Below, piece by piece: positions 49,884-61,240 of a stretch of DNA of 64,000 bases. The notes beneath the pieces were generated by a model that saw nothing but the letters and a program-made list of their open reading frames with translations, had not been told where the DNA came from and ran no database searches. Each line of letters opens with the position of its first letter. Position 1 is the stretch's first letter. The position numbers and the translations under genes were made by a program. The DNA is from Octopus sinensis (lineage: Eukaryota): NCBI RefSeq assembly GCF_006345805.1, contig NC_043000.1, positions 1,178,001 through 1,242,000 of the forward strand, in the 5' to 3' direction.

Positions 49884-50399
49884 ACTAGCAGTATCGCCCG
49901 GCGTTGCTCGGGTTTGTAAGGGAAATAACTATATAAGCATTTTTAGAGAGTTACTTCCCTTATAGATGCCAATTCGGGCTTTCTTAGCCATTTCTGTTTT
50001 GGTGTCTTCAAGCCATGAAGTCGTTGTTCTAAAAGAACGCTGGTCTCCTTGACAACGCTCTACGACGTTGATTTCCTTACACTCCCTTCCCCACAGCTTC
50101 ACGAGGGAGGGAAGAAGGGGGAGAAGCAACACAGGTGCAGGTGTGACCATGGACGCCAACTCCGCCGCCATCGACACACGAAACATTATGCATTAAAATG
50201 GAATAAAAAATGATGTTAAATTATTTTTAAAATCGTAGACTCATCGTAGACGCGCGCTAATAGCCAGACGGGCTCGATATTAATCACGACTATAAGATAC
50301 CCGAATTTAGTTAAACTGCACCGCAAAATGTGGGAGGAGTTAGGAATCTAAATCGTAGGAGACAGACACTCACACAACTACAGTTTTATATATATAGAT
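49884..50399 (+). mobile_element. HINE-like element, subfamily 1
   Basis: Near identical to 2979-3492. Confidence 0.85.
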
Positions 50400-50488
50400 A
50401 TATATATATTTCAAAATGTGACCTCGTGGTGTACCGTTGGCGATTTTTTCCCTCTGTCTTCCCTTCTCTGGATCTTTCCTTCTCCTAT

Positions 50489-50523
50489 GTTTCCGACGAA
50501 GAGCTCCGCTCGAAACGTTAAAC
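50489..50523 (+). ncRNA. Hammerhead-like motif, variant core (CCGACGA), in a Penelope-like terminal repeat (~50410-50630)
   Basis: gttt CCGACGA a gagc tcc gctc GAAA cgtt aaac; 4-bp stem I and 4-bp stem II. Confidence 0.45.
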
Positions 50524-50935
50524 CCTCCTTCTTCCCTTCCTTCCTGAGCGTCCATCCAATATACTATATTTGTTCCACGTCCTCGCGTTTGTGTGTTTTC
50601 TCTTTGTGTTTTCTTGTTTGGATTAACTATATATATATATATATTATAATATATATATATATATATAATATATATATATATATATAACACACACATACAT
50701 TTCCATAAATACATTTAATTAACTTGGGCATACAATTTTTGTTTAATGCACATTGTTGATGCCGTTCTCTATATGGGCAGAAATTTAATTATTTCTCAAA
50801 TAAATCGCACTTCATATTCGAGGCTCTGATTAAGCTGTAAGCTGTTTCTCAGGTCATTCAACTATGAGTCCACTGCATTTACAACAGAAATAGCTGTAAA
50901 CCACCGAAGTGCGTAAGATAATCATACGTTGCTTT

Positions 50936-50979
<44 letters not shown>

Positions 50980-50985
50980 TCTCTC

Positions 50986-51033
<48 letters not shown>

Positions 51034-51640
51034 CATTTTTTATTCGTTTATATGCTTCAGCCCTGAGGCTGCGGCCATGCTGGGGCATATATATATATAT
51101 ATATTATATATATATATATATATACGTGTGTGTGTACGCCTGAATGTATGTATATATATGTATTTGCGTGTGTGTTTGTGTGTGTATAGAGTACGAGCGT
51201 TATTTGAGGACGTATTTGGTAATTGAATCTAACAAAAACCGAATGTATCTTGATAAAATGTTGTACAAATGTTTTAGATAAACTTTCTTGTAAGTTTATT
51301 CTATGAATCCGGCTTTAGCTTTGATGACTGCATCAGTGCATGACCGAAATCATTGTCATGCCTGAACTAAATGACCCTTCTTTATTTCGGACATCACCAG
51401 GTATTCAGTAAATCTATAGCACTGTGAGGGTGTCGCTTAGTTACCTTTCAAAAACGCTTCAAACGTAGTAGTCCATAAGACTTAAATATGGTGAGTTTGG
51501 AGGCCACGAGTTGGGTATTTCCCGATCGTAAATATGGTCTCATATTCATTCTGGGGTTACGTGGGACTTTGTAAGAAGGTTCTGAGTTTTGTTGCTGACG
51601 TATTTTATGATCTAATCTAACAAACACCGTATGTATGACC

Positions 51641-52000
51641 TTAGTTAGTTAGTTAGTTAGTTAATTTGGCTCAAAAGCAAATAGCAAGGCTATGTAGGGG
51701 GACATGGAGTTAAGTACAGGGTGGTGTTCATGTAAAGAGTTCAGGCCACTTGAGGTCAAGGGAGGCTTTGAACAAAGCGGTCGTCGGCATCTTCACCATC
51801 TCGTCTGGCAGCTTGTTCCACGGATCCGCAACCCGGACGGAGAAAGCTCCTCTCCTTCGATTGAGATGAAATCGTCGCAGGTAGAGCTTTTCGGAATGAC
51901 CCCGCAGCCGACCTTCCATTGCATGCATACTTTATCCATCGAGGGCTTACCAACTATTTCTTGCACTTTAAACGTATCCAGCAGCATTTATTCTAGGACC
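51641..52000 (-). pseudogene. CR1/L2-type LINE 3' end with (TAAC)n tail
   Basis: RLRGHSEKLYLRRFHLNRRRGAFSVRVADPWNKLPDEMV...FKASLD is a typical CR1/L2 C-terminal motif; tetranucleotide tail at 51641-51665. Confidence 0.8.
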
Positions 52001-52320
52001 CTACAGGAAGATGCGAGGTGACATGACCTTTATTACTCATCACACCTAAAACCCATCACAGTTCGCGAGAAACTTAGAGTGCATCACTCTGGAGACACCA
52101 GAAGAATCTGCGCAGAGCCATCCATCGTCATTTCTCCCTTTAGACTTTTGGTTTTAGTTGAAATTATTCTCGTCAGAGAAGAACCAAAGTATGCCATGTT
52201 TGCGAGGTAACGCTCGGCACAGATCAGTTTTCCTGTACCTTGCCTACCTGCCTGCCTGCCTGCCTGTCTGCCCATCCATCCATACATCCATCTATCTATC
52301 TATGCGTATTTATACATATA

Positions 52321-53870
52321 CAGTGGTGGGCACGGTTCCGCTAATCTGCTAACAGCTAATTAGCGAAGCTAACTTTTCGTTTAGCCGATTAGCGTTTTCG
52401 CTAACTTCGGAAACCGTTAGCGGACCAATTAGCTTCCGCTAAATTTAGGTCTGCTAAATTTAGTTCCGCTAACTTTAAGTCCGATAACAAAACTCATACG
52501 TTTGTTCCTGTCTGTTGTGGCCGTGTCTCGAACAGTCCGTCAGCTACGCTATTGGCTGACTACGCGTACACGTGACAAGACGTGACTGGTCAACGCAGCA
52601 GCAGATAGTTGAGCAGCATTGTGTAAGTCTGCAGTTTTGAGTTGTGTTCACTTATGACGTTGTCACGTTACGGACAGTCTTATAGTGTCAGCAACAGTAG
52701 GGTACGCTATCGGCTTATCAATTTATCGCTTATCGTTATGGAAGGTGAAGACGTGACGGTGAATTATTTCCTTGTTGGTTTTAAATTCTGTTGGCCACCT
52801 CAAGTTTTTAACTTTACAATTTATGTCTCTTTACAGTTTAGCATTTTTTAATTACAGATTACTCAAGGTTCCCTGGTTGGCAACCACCGCGCACTGTTGG
52901 TTCTACGTGGGGATGACGGCACACTGGCTGGACCCCAAGATCTGCACGAGACAACACGCCGTTCTGGTCTACTTTCGACTCAGAGGACATCACACCTTTG
53001 ATGTTCTCGCCTAGGCCATGGTAGACACCCATTACAAGTTCCATCTCCAAGACAAGGTGACCAGGACCACGACGGACAACGACAAAAACTTTGTTGAGGT
53101 ATTTATGCAGTTTATTAGAGAAGCTGAATTCTTGCCAGACATTCCTGAGGCTGCAGCCGATCCGGACGTGGTGGGTGTCGAGGATGTGGACCTGGATATG
53201 AATCTCGAGGCTGGGGATGTGGACGAAATTGAGTACCTCTCTGTTGATGCTATCCTTGACGAGGCTAGCGGCCTCAGCCTAAACCAGCCAGGGCACGTGA
53301 AGTGCGCAGCCCGTACCTTCAACTTGGTAGCCAGCGTGGATGCCGATAAGGCTCTTAACAGCGCTTTGCTCAAGTCGGCCTACAGGAATGCCATGTCTGC
53401 CCGGTGGCGGCAGACAGCATTCTGGACTCGTTGAAGAGGAGGCTGGTGGTCCCCAACAGTACCAGATAGAAATCTGCCTATGGCTCTGTTGTTGTCCTCA
53501 ACAAAACCTGCTGAAGAAGAATAGGGGAGCGGTCCACCGGGTGATGACACAGCTGAAACTGCAGACCTGATGGCTTCCTGACGGAGTACGTTCAGGTGAT
53601 GTCTAATGTCGCCAAGACCTTAGATAAAATCCAGGGTGGGGTGGGGGTGGGGGACCAGAACTATCTTAGGAGCCTTCTGCCAACTGTAGCGGCTACTGTC
53701 ATGAAGATGGAGGAGGCCAAGTTCAAAGATTTCATGTACTTGCAGTTCTCTGGTAGACGCGATACTATCAGGCATCACGGAAAGGTTTGGGCTTCAAGAA
53801 AACCTGGAGCGCCATCTGGCTGCTACCTTCCACACCAAGTTTCGCCTGTTCTGGCTGGAGCAGTATAATA
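52321..53870 (+). mobile_element. hAT (Ac/Tol2-like) transposon relic, right end missing
   Basis: 5' end cagtggtgggcac with many gctaa/ttagc sub-terminal repeats; no matching right TIR found. Confidence 0.8.
52858..53870 (+). pseudogene. hAT transposase fragments
   Basis: LATTAHCW..GMTAHWLDP, TTTDNDKNFV, HVKCAARTFNLVA (CxxH mutated), VAKTLDKIQG..LLPTV and AATFHTKFRLFW; premature TAG at 53012-53014, plus deletions. Confidence 0.85.
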
Positions 53871-53899
53871 ACACCCCTTTCCCCCCACCCCCAGAGGAG

Positions 53900-54360
53900 G
53901 ACAGTCGATCACGTTGACCCCAGTAATCAAATGGTACTAAGTTGAGGTCGACTTTGCCTTTCATCCTTTCGGGGTCGATGAAATAAGTACCAGTTACGCA
54001 CTGGGGTCGATGTAATCGACTTAATCCGTTTGTCTGTCCTTGTTTGTCCCCTCTGTGTTTAGCCCCTTGTGGGCAGTAAAGAAATAGGTACTTAATTTAT
54101 CGACACCGAAAAGAAGAAAGGCAAAGTTGACCTCGGCAGAATTTGAACTCGGAACGTAGCGACGAGTGAATTAAAAAGAATCCTTTCTACTATAGGCACA
54201 AGGCCTGAAATTTTAGGGGAGGGAGTAAGTCGATTACATCGGCTCCAGTTTTCAAGTGGTGCTTATTTTATCGACACAGAAAAGATGAAAGGCAAAATTG
54301 ACCTCGGCGGAATTTGAACTCAGGATGTAAAGCCGGAAAAAATGCTGCTGAGCATTTTTT
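53900..54360. mobile_element. Cluster of SINE B fragments in alternating orientation
   Basis: SINE B core motifs on both strands. Confidence 0.75.
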
Positions 54361-54386
54361 TCCGGAGTGGTAACGATTGTAATAAA

Positions 54387-54868
54387 AACAAGTGCACTCG
54401 AAGAGCACAAACCTTCGCCAAAGCAACACCAGCCTCCTATCAACGATTAGCCAGAGATGCTTTTTAAAATGGGAATATCTGAAATAAACTCGACTGCTCT
54501 CACAAACGAGAATACTAAAAATTAAGTAAAAATTAAGTAAAAATTAAGTACCCCCCCACCAGAAAAAAAAAACAAAAAAGAGGAAAAATAATCCAGAATC
54601 CTTGTCCTGTACCGGATCGATCCCAAAATCTAATCAGTCTGTGTCAGTCACGAGGCCAAACATCCATGAAAGTTTCATCCGAATCCATTCAGCGGTTTTT
54701 GAAAGGGTTGCAGGAGTGGTTGTGTGGTAAGTAGCTTGCTTACCAACCGCAAGGTTCATGGTTCAGTCACACTGCGTGGCACCTTGGGCAAGTGTCTTCT
54801 ACTATAGCCTCGAGTCGACCAAAGCCTTGTGAGTGGATTTGGTAGATGGAAACTGAAAGAAACCTGTC

Positions 54869-54917
<49 letters not shown>

Positions 54918-54941
54918 ATATTTATATATATGTGTGTGTGT

Positions 54942-54980
<39 letters not shown>

Positions 54981-55245
54981 TCCCCCTAACATCGCTTGAC
55001 AACCGATGCTGGTGTGTTTACGTCCCCGTCAATTAGCGGTTCGGCAAGAGAGATCAATAGAACAAGTACTAGGCTTACAAAGAATAAGTCCTGGGGTCGA
55101 TCTGCTCGACTAGAGGCGGTGCTCCAGCATGGTCGCAGTCAAATGACTGAAACAAATAAGAAAAAAAAAAAGAATATTTTGTCCACGGACAAACAAACAA
55201 ATAATACTGAAAACAATACCTCCGCCTTCGCTAAGGCGGAGGTAA
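54387..55245 (+). mobile_element. Single-unit Helentron/HINE-type element interrupted by SINE A (~54706-55170)
   Basis: Same 5' end, one 131-bp unit and the 3' hairpin cctccgccttcgctaaggcggagg as 8868-10677. Confidence 0.8.
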
Positions 55246-55285
55246 GAATGACGATGATGTTGAGTGAACAGAATATACATACCAG

Positions 55286-55459
55286 GCTCAGGAGTGGCTG
55301 TGTGGTAAGTAGCTTGCTAACAAACCACATGGTTCCGGGTTCAGTCCCACTGCGTGGCATCTTGGGCAAGTGTATTCTGCTATAGCCCCGGGCCGACCAA
55401 TGCCTTGTGAGTGGATTTGGTAGACGGAAACTGAAAGAAGCCTGTCGTATATATGTATG

Positions 55460-55511
<52 letters not shown>

Positions 55512-55722
55512 TGTGTCTGTGTTTGTCCCCCTAGCATTGCTTGACAACCGATGCTGGTGTGTTTACATCCCCGTCACTTAGCGGTTCGGCAAAAGAGACC
55601 GATAGAATAAGTACTGGGCTTACAAAGAATAAGTCCCGGGGTCGATTTGCTCGACTAAAGGCGGTGCTCCAGCATGGCCGCAGTCAAATGACTGAAACAA
55701 GTAAAAGAGTAAAAGAGTAAAG
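55286..55722 (+). mobile_element. SINE family A, full length
   Basis: Complete head, (TG)n centre and (aagagta)n tail. Confidence 0.92.
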
Positions 55723-56103
55723 AGTATACTAATGTCTAAATACGCACAGGCATACGTGCGAAAGTATGTGTACACAAGGACATAAACATGAATACATATA
55801 CACACATACATACATACATACATACATACATACACACTTGCACATTCAAACATATACACATACACGCGCATAATTACGTGTATAGTACATACAAACTTAC
55901 GTACACATTCATATACTCAGATATACACACACACACACACAAGTATACATGGATATATATTCTTCTTAGAAACTTCTAAACCATCCCATATTCATTCTTT
56001 AAGATCCGGTAATGAAAATAACGAAGCAGCATTTGTACACGCCCAGACCAATTATAGATTGAGAGACAGATAGACGACAGCCAGACGCATACACACACAC
56101 ACA

Positions 56104-56134
<31 letters not shown>

Positions 56135-56171
56135 CACCACACACACACACACACACACACGCGCACACACA

Positions 56172-56202
<31 letters not shown>

Positions 56203-56390
56203 CACGGTTGACTCTCCTGTCGTAGATGACAGATGAGATTTCTGAAACTTTTTGCCGAACAGCTTGCATAAATGGTTCGCTTATAGTGATCAAATGCTCA
56301 TATAGAACATTAGCTCACCCCCTCCATCAAATCGACATTATTTGCAAAGATGCTCGGAGTGCCGGATTAAGGCCCATCGAGGCCCTAAAC

Positions 56391-56610
56391 CAGTGCTGTT
56401 CAACCTTTTTGCAGGAGCGGAACCCCAAGGAAACATTCCACTGGCTCGAGGAAACACTGTGCAATAATCTAATAGTCTTATGCACAAATATCTGCACAGG
56501 AGAATTAAAAATTACTGCCGATTTTAGCAATTTTGTAACTTCTAGTGGGAACCCCTGGACTGTACTGGCGGAACCCTAAGGTTCCGCGGAACACTGGTTG
56601 AAAACCATTG
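56391..56610. mobile_element. hAT-family MITE
   Basis: TIRs cagtgctgttcaacc / ggttgaaaaccattg; exact 8-bp TSD CCCTAAAC. Probably nested in an older element (~56357-57011). Confidence 0.88.
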
Positions 56611-57274
56611 CCCTAAACACTTAAAAGATTTTGGTGCCCCCATAAAAGATTGTGTAATTCAAAATATAAACAATAACAAACCATAAAATAAATTTTTATT
56701 TTTCAAAACGAAACAAACCAGTAAGAGGGAAAATAATGTTTATTTTTGTATACTTCCACTTTATTTATATTTGAAAAGTTTCCTCCTACTTTTTTTGAAT
56801 TGCAAAGTCTTTGATCAAATCCTCAAAATTAATCTTAGGTAACACATCTGCATCTATACTCAGTAGAGATAAAGGCATCCCGAATATTATTTTAGCAAGT
56901 TTACAGGGATTTCTTTTGTGCCGTTAACCATTTACCATTTCTGTGGTGCCACCTCCTCCCCTTGATGCTCTAAGCATGTGCATATTTCGCTTAATAGTTA
57001 ATCCAATGCTGGTCACAAGTTAGATGTCGATATGATCACAATGAAGGTGAAATGAAGCATTTTACTCAAGAACAAAACGCACCACCCAGTAAAGGAATCG
57101 AAGTCACGACCTTGCGATTGTGAGTGCAACACCCTAACCCTTAAGCTAAGCATCTTTATACATACATACAAATTGTCATGATTTTCTGGACGATAATTGA
57201 CGAGGGAAAAACATGTCCACGTCTTGTGTACGATTTTTCCGTGTTTCTTCGTCGTCCTTCTATGTAAGTTTTAT

Positions 57275-57316
57275 ATCTATCTATCAATTTATCTATCTGT
57301 CTGTCTATCTATCTAC

Positions 57317-57374
<58 letters not shown>

Positions 57375-57430
57375 GCCTATCTATCTATCTCTTATATCTA
57401 TCTATCTATCTATCTATCTATCTGCCTATC

Positions 57431-57511
<81 letters not shown>

Positions 57512-57559
57512 ATTCATATATCTATCTATCTATCTATCTATCATCTATCTATCTATCTA

Positions 57560-57610
<51 letters not shown>

Positions 57611-58160
57611 AATTTATCTATTTATCTACTACAACCACTAAAAAATACTCTTAATATTCTTTAAACTTTATATACATACATCATACATACTATCGCACAT
57701 AATACATACATACATACATACATACTACATACATAATACCTAGATACTACAACGCACATACATACATACATACATACATACATACATACATACATACATA
57801 CATACATTATACATACATACATACATACATACACACATACATACATACACACATATCATACAAAAATATACATACCATACATACATACATACATCATATC
57901 TACATACAACATACATACATACATACATAATACCTACATACATACATAACATCATACACCTACATACATACATACATACATACATACATACATACATACT
58001 ACATACATACATACATACATACATCATACATACATACATACAACATATAATACATTCACACATACATACATACATACATACATACATACATAATACACAC
58101 ATACATACATACATACATACATACATACATACATACATACATACATACATACATACATAC
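57275..58160. repeat. (TATC)n (57275-57625) and (CATA)n (57670-58160) microsatellites
   Basis: Seen directly. Confidence 0.95.
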
Positions 58161-58424
58161 TTGCCACTGTGGACATTGTATCCGGCTAGTAACATGTATT
58201 CACCAACACTTTCATTACACTTTTTGTGCTTCCTGTTTGAAACTTATTTTGCTTTGCGACCATGATGTTACAACAATCGACGCTTCGCTTCGTCTGTCAC
58301 TTGGCCGCTGCCGTGTGAGGGCAACTGGGATTCGAACGCAAAACACAAAAAGGCTGGAACAGTTATCACAAGGCATCTCGTCCGAAACTCTCTGACAATC
58401 ATTCCAATCCACTTTTTTTTTTGT

Positions 58425-58596
58425 TTCAGTCATTTGACTGAAACCATGCTGGAGCAGCACCTTCAGTCGAAAAAATCGACCCCAGGACTCATTCTTTGTA
58501 AACCTAGTACTTATTCTATCGGTCGCTTGTACAGAACCGCTAAGTTACTGGAAAGTAAACACACCAACATTGGTTGTCAAGCAATGGTGGGGGTAT

Positions 58597-58638
<42 letters not shown>

Positions 58639-58800
58639 GACGAGTTTCTTTCAGTTTCCGTCTACCAAATCCACTCGCAAGGCTTTGGTCGGCCCGAGGC
58701 TATAGTAGAAGGCACTTGCCCAAGGTTCCACGTAGTGGGACTGAATTCGGAACCATGTGGTTGATAAGCAAGCAACTTACCACACAGCCACTCCTGCGCC
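58425..58800 (-). mobile_element. SINE family A
   Basis: Family-A head, body and tail. Confidence 0.88.
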
Positions 58801-58989
58801 TGGTAATTATTTTATTTATTCATCGACCACAAAAGGGTGAAAGGCAAAGTTGGTCTCGGTGGAATTTGAACTCCGAACGCAGAGAGTCAGAACGTGTATG
58901 ACAAAATATTCCATTCGATGCGCAAATGACGCTGCCATTCATCGACTTACTATCAATGTCACTGTATTATTTTATCGACCATAAATTCG

Positions 58990-59262
58990 GACATTGTTAC
59001 ACACCGCTGGTCACAATGCGCTTCCTCGCATTGTTATAACTTTTTAATAATGCTACCCCATTGGCTAGACTGGCAAGCAAGCATTTCCCTTGAACGGAAA
59101 GAACGTCAATCGGTCGCAGAATTACTAATTTATAGCTGAGTGGAGTGGAGCAACGTGAAATTAAGTGTTTTGTTCAAGAACAGAACGTATTGCTGGTCTG
59201 GGAATCGAAACCACGATCACCATATCGTGAGTGCAACACTCTAACCACTAGGCCACATGCCT
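58990..59262 (-). mobile_element. SINE D body + tail T4, diverged
   Basis: Homologous to 27925-28182. Confidence 0.7.
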
Positions 59263-59868
59263 ACTAATGGCGCGTGATACCCTATATATCGTCTGCTTCT
59301 TCGATTTGATCGCGTGATACACCATGTCCAAAGCTTGTCTGTCTCTCTCTTTCTTTCTCTCTCCCTCTCTCTCTCACTTTCTCGGTAACGTGTTCAGATA
59401 CTCTTTCCCATTCTCTATGTATCCAGTTTTCTCCTCATCTCATCTTTCTCTTTTTCCCCTCCCTCTTTCTCTCTATCTCTCACTCTTTCGATCTCTCCCC
59501 CTCTCTCACTGTAACTACATTTCTATTTCCAGCTGTCTTACTCTTTCTTTATTTCTTTGCTCACTCTTTCGCATTTCCGTTCCTCTCACTCTTCCTCTGT
59601 TCTATACATATATTCATATCAATATAGTTATTTGAAGTGGGGGTTCCCAAAAGGTGTATGCGTGTGTATGTATAATTATATATATGATGGGCATCCACAC
59701 AGTTGCTGTCTACCAGATTCATTTAGAGCTACAGTAGAAGATTCTTGTCCAAAATGCCGCGCAATGAGATTGAACTCGAAATAACATTGTCACGGAACGT
59801 GCGTCTTAATCACGCAATCATAACTGCGCCATTAGTAGACATATGTCTAATATTTCTTCCTTTTAGGG

Positions 59869-60084
59869 TGGCGAGCTGGCAGAAACGTTAGCACGCCGGG
59901 CGAAATGCTAAGCCGTATTTCGTCTGCCGTTACGTTCTGAGTTCAAATTCAGCCGAGGTCGACTTTGCCTTTCACCCCTTCGGGGTCGATAAATTAAGTA
60001 CCAGTTACGCACTGGGGTAGATATAATCGACTTAATCCGTTTGTCTGTCCTTGTTTGTCCTTTCTGTGTTTAGCCCCTTGTGGG
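59869..60084 (+). mobile_element. SINE B, 3' end cut by the LTR retrotransposon
   Basis: Stops at tagccccttgtggg, exactly where the LTR TGTTATATA begins. Confidence 0.88.
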
Positions 60085-60316
60085 TGTTATATAATCATCA
60101 CAACAAACATGAACAATCAACGTCGCCCATTGTCTCCCTTGATAAAAGGACTTTCACTTTGTTTCCCGCCAAAACAATTAACTTGTACAACAACGGCAGT
60201 CGAATAAAGTATCTTGTATCGTTAACACGTTGTTTCAGTCTCTCTCATTTTCTTAATCTTTCATACTAAGTACTCACTACTTCCTTTAATACTCAATACA
60301 TTATATATATATAACA
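60085..60316 (+). mobile_element. 5' LTR of a Ty3/Gypsy element
   Basis: Perfect 9-bp inverted ends TGTTATATA / TATATAACA; AATAAA at 60203-60208; PBS just downstream. The 3' boundary could alternatively be 60322. Confidence 0.75.
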
Positions 60317-60322
60317 ACAACA

Positions 60323-60333
60323 TGGTGTCAGAA
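60323..60333 (+). promoter_or_regulatory. Primer-binding site, tRNA-Leu type
   Basis: TGGTGTCAGAA is complementary to the ...TTCTGACA-CCA 3' end of eukaryotic tRNA-Leu(CAA). Confidence 0.75.
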
Positions 60334-60400
60334 TACTAAAAGAACCCAAAATACAGAAACCAAAGGAAAAAAGAAGTTGAAATCATACTTCAAAGACGAA

Positions 60401-61240
60401 ATGGAAAATTTACCGCATCCAAAAGACCTAGACTTTAATCAGGAAAATCTAGCCGCAGCATGGAAAAAGTGGAAAAAAGAATTCAATCTCTTTTTGATAG
60501 CAACAGAAAGTGACATGAAGCCAGACAAAGTAAAAACTTCAATGTTTTTAACTTGCATCGGTTTCAAGGCCGAGATATCCATTCCACACTGGATTTCGAT
60601 TCACCCGACGAAGAAATGAACCTTCAGACAGTAATCGAAAAATTCGATGCATATTGTGAACCCAGGAAAAACATAACTTTCCTAAGACACAAATTCTTCA
60701 CATGTGGACAAGCGGAACATCAAAAATTCGATGAGTACGTAGTAGAGTTGCGCCAAAAGGCACAACAGTGCGAATTCGGCAACCTCACAGACAGTCTCAC
60801 CAAAGATATTCTGATATGTGGAATCAGAGACATGAGATTACGAGAAAGATTATTGAGAGAACCAAATTTAGACCTAAAAAAACAATTCAAGCAGGTCAGA
60901 GTGCAGAGCAAACACGACTCCAATCAAGGATGCTAAATGCCACATCCGAAACAAGAGATAACGAAATCTCGAGGGTATATAGTCAACACGACAGAAAAGG
61001 CGCCAAAACTCAAATAACCCGCCATATGCAATCCAGACATCAAAACGAACAAGGCGGAAGTGACAGAAAGCCCGCGAAGTTTCAAGCGCCAAGTCAACAC
61101 TACGTCACTAACTGTCACTATTGTGGTTATAATCACAAAAGAAATAAATGCCCAGCATTTCACAAGACATGTGAAAAATGCAAGAACAAGGACACTATGC
61201 AAAAATGTGCAAATCAAGAAAATTTGTACATAAAGTAGAG
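60401..61240 (+). pseudogene. gag: Gag of a Mag-like Ty3/Gypsy element (frameshifted)
   Basis: AWKKWKKEF, FDAYCEPRKNITFLRHKFFT..Q, LRQKAQQCEFG and a double CCHC knuckle CHYCGYNH..KCPAFHKTCEKC..GHYAKMC, split over three frames. Confidence 0.9.

Noticed and set aside
56357-57011. Outer hAT-like element around the 56391 MITE
   Set aside because: The termini match only partly (ggattaa/ttaatcc) and there is no TSD, so it is mentioned but not called separately.
23527-58195. Long low-complexity ORFs (YLSI, CV, HT, poly-I/N/Y, MYVC)
   Set aside because: They are translations of GATA, CA, TAA and CATA microsatellites.
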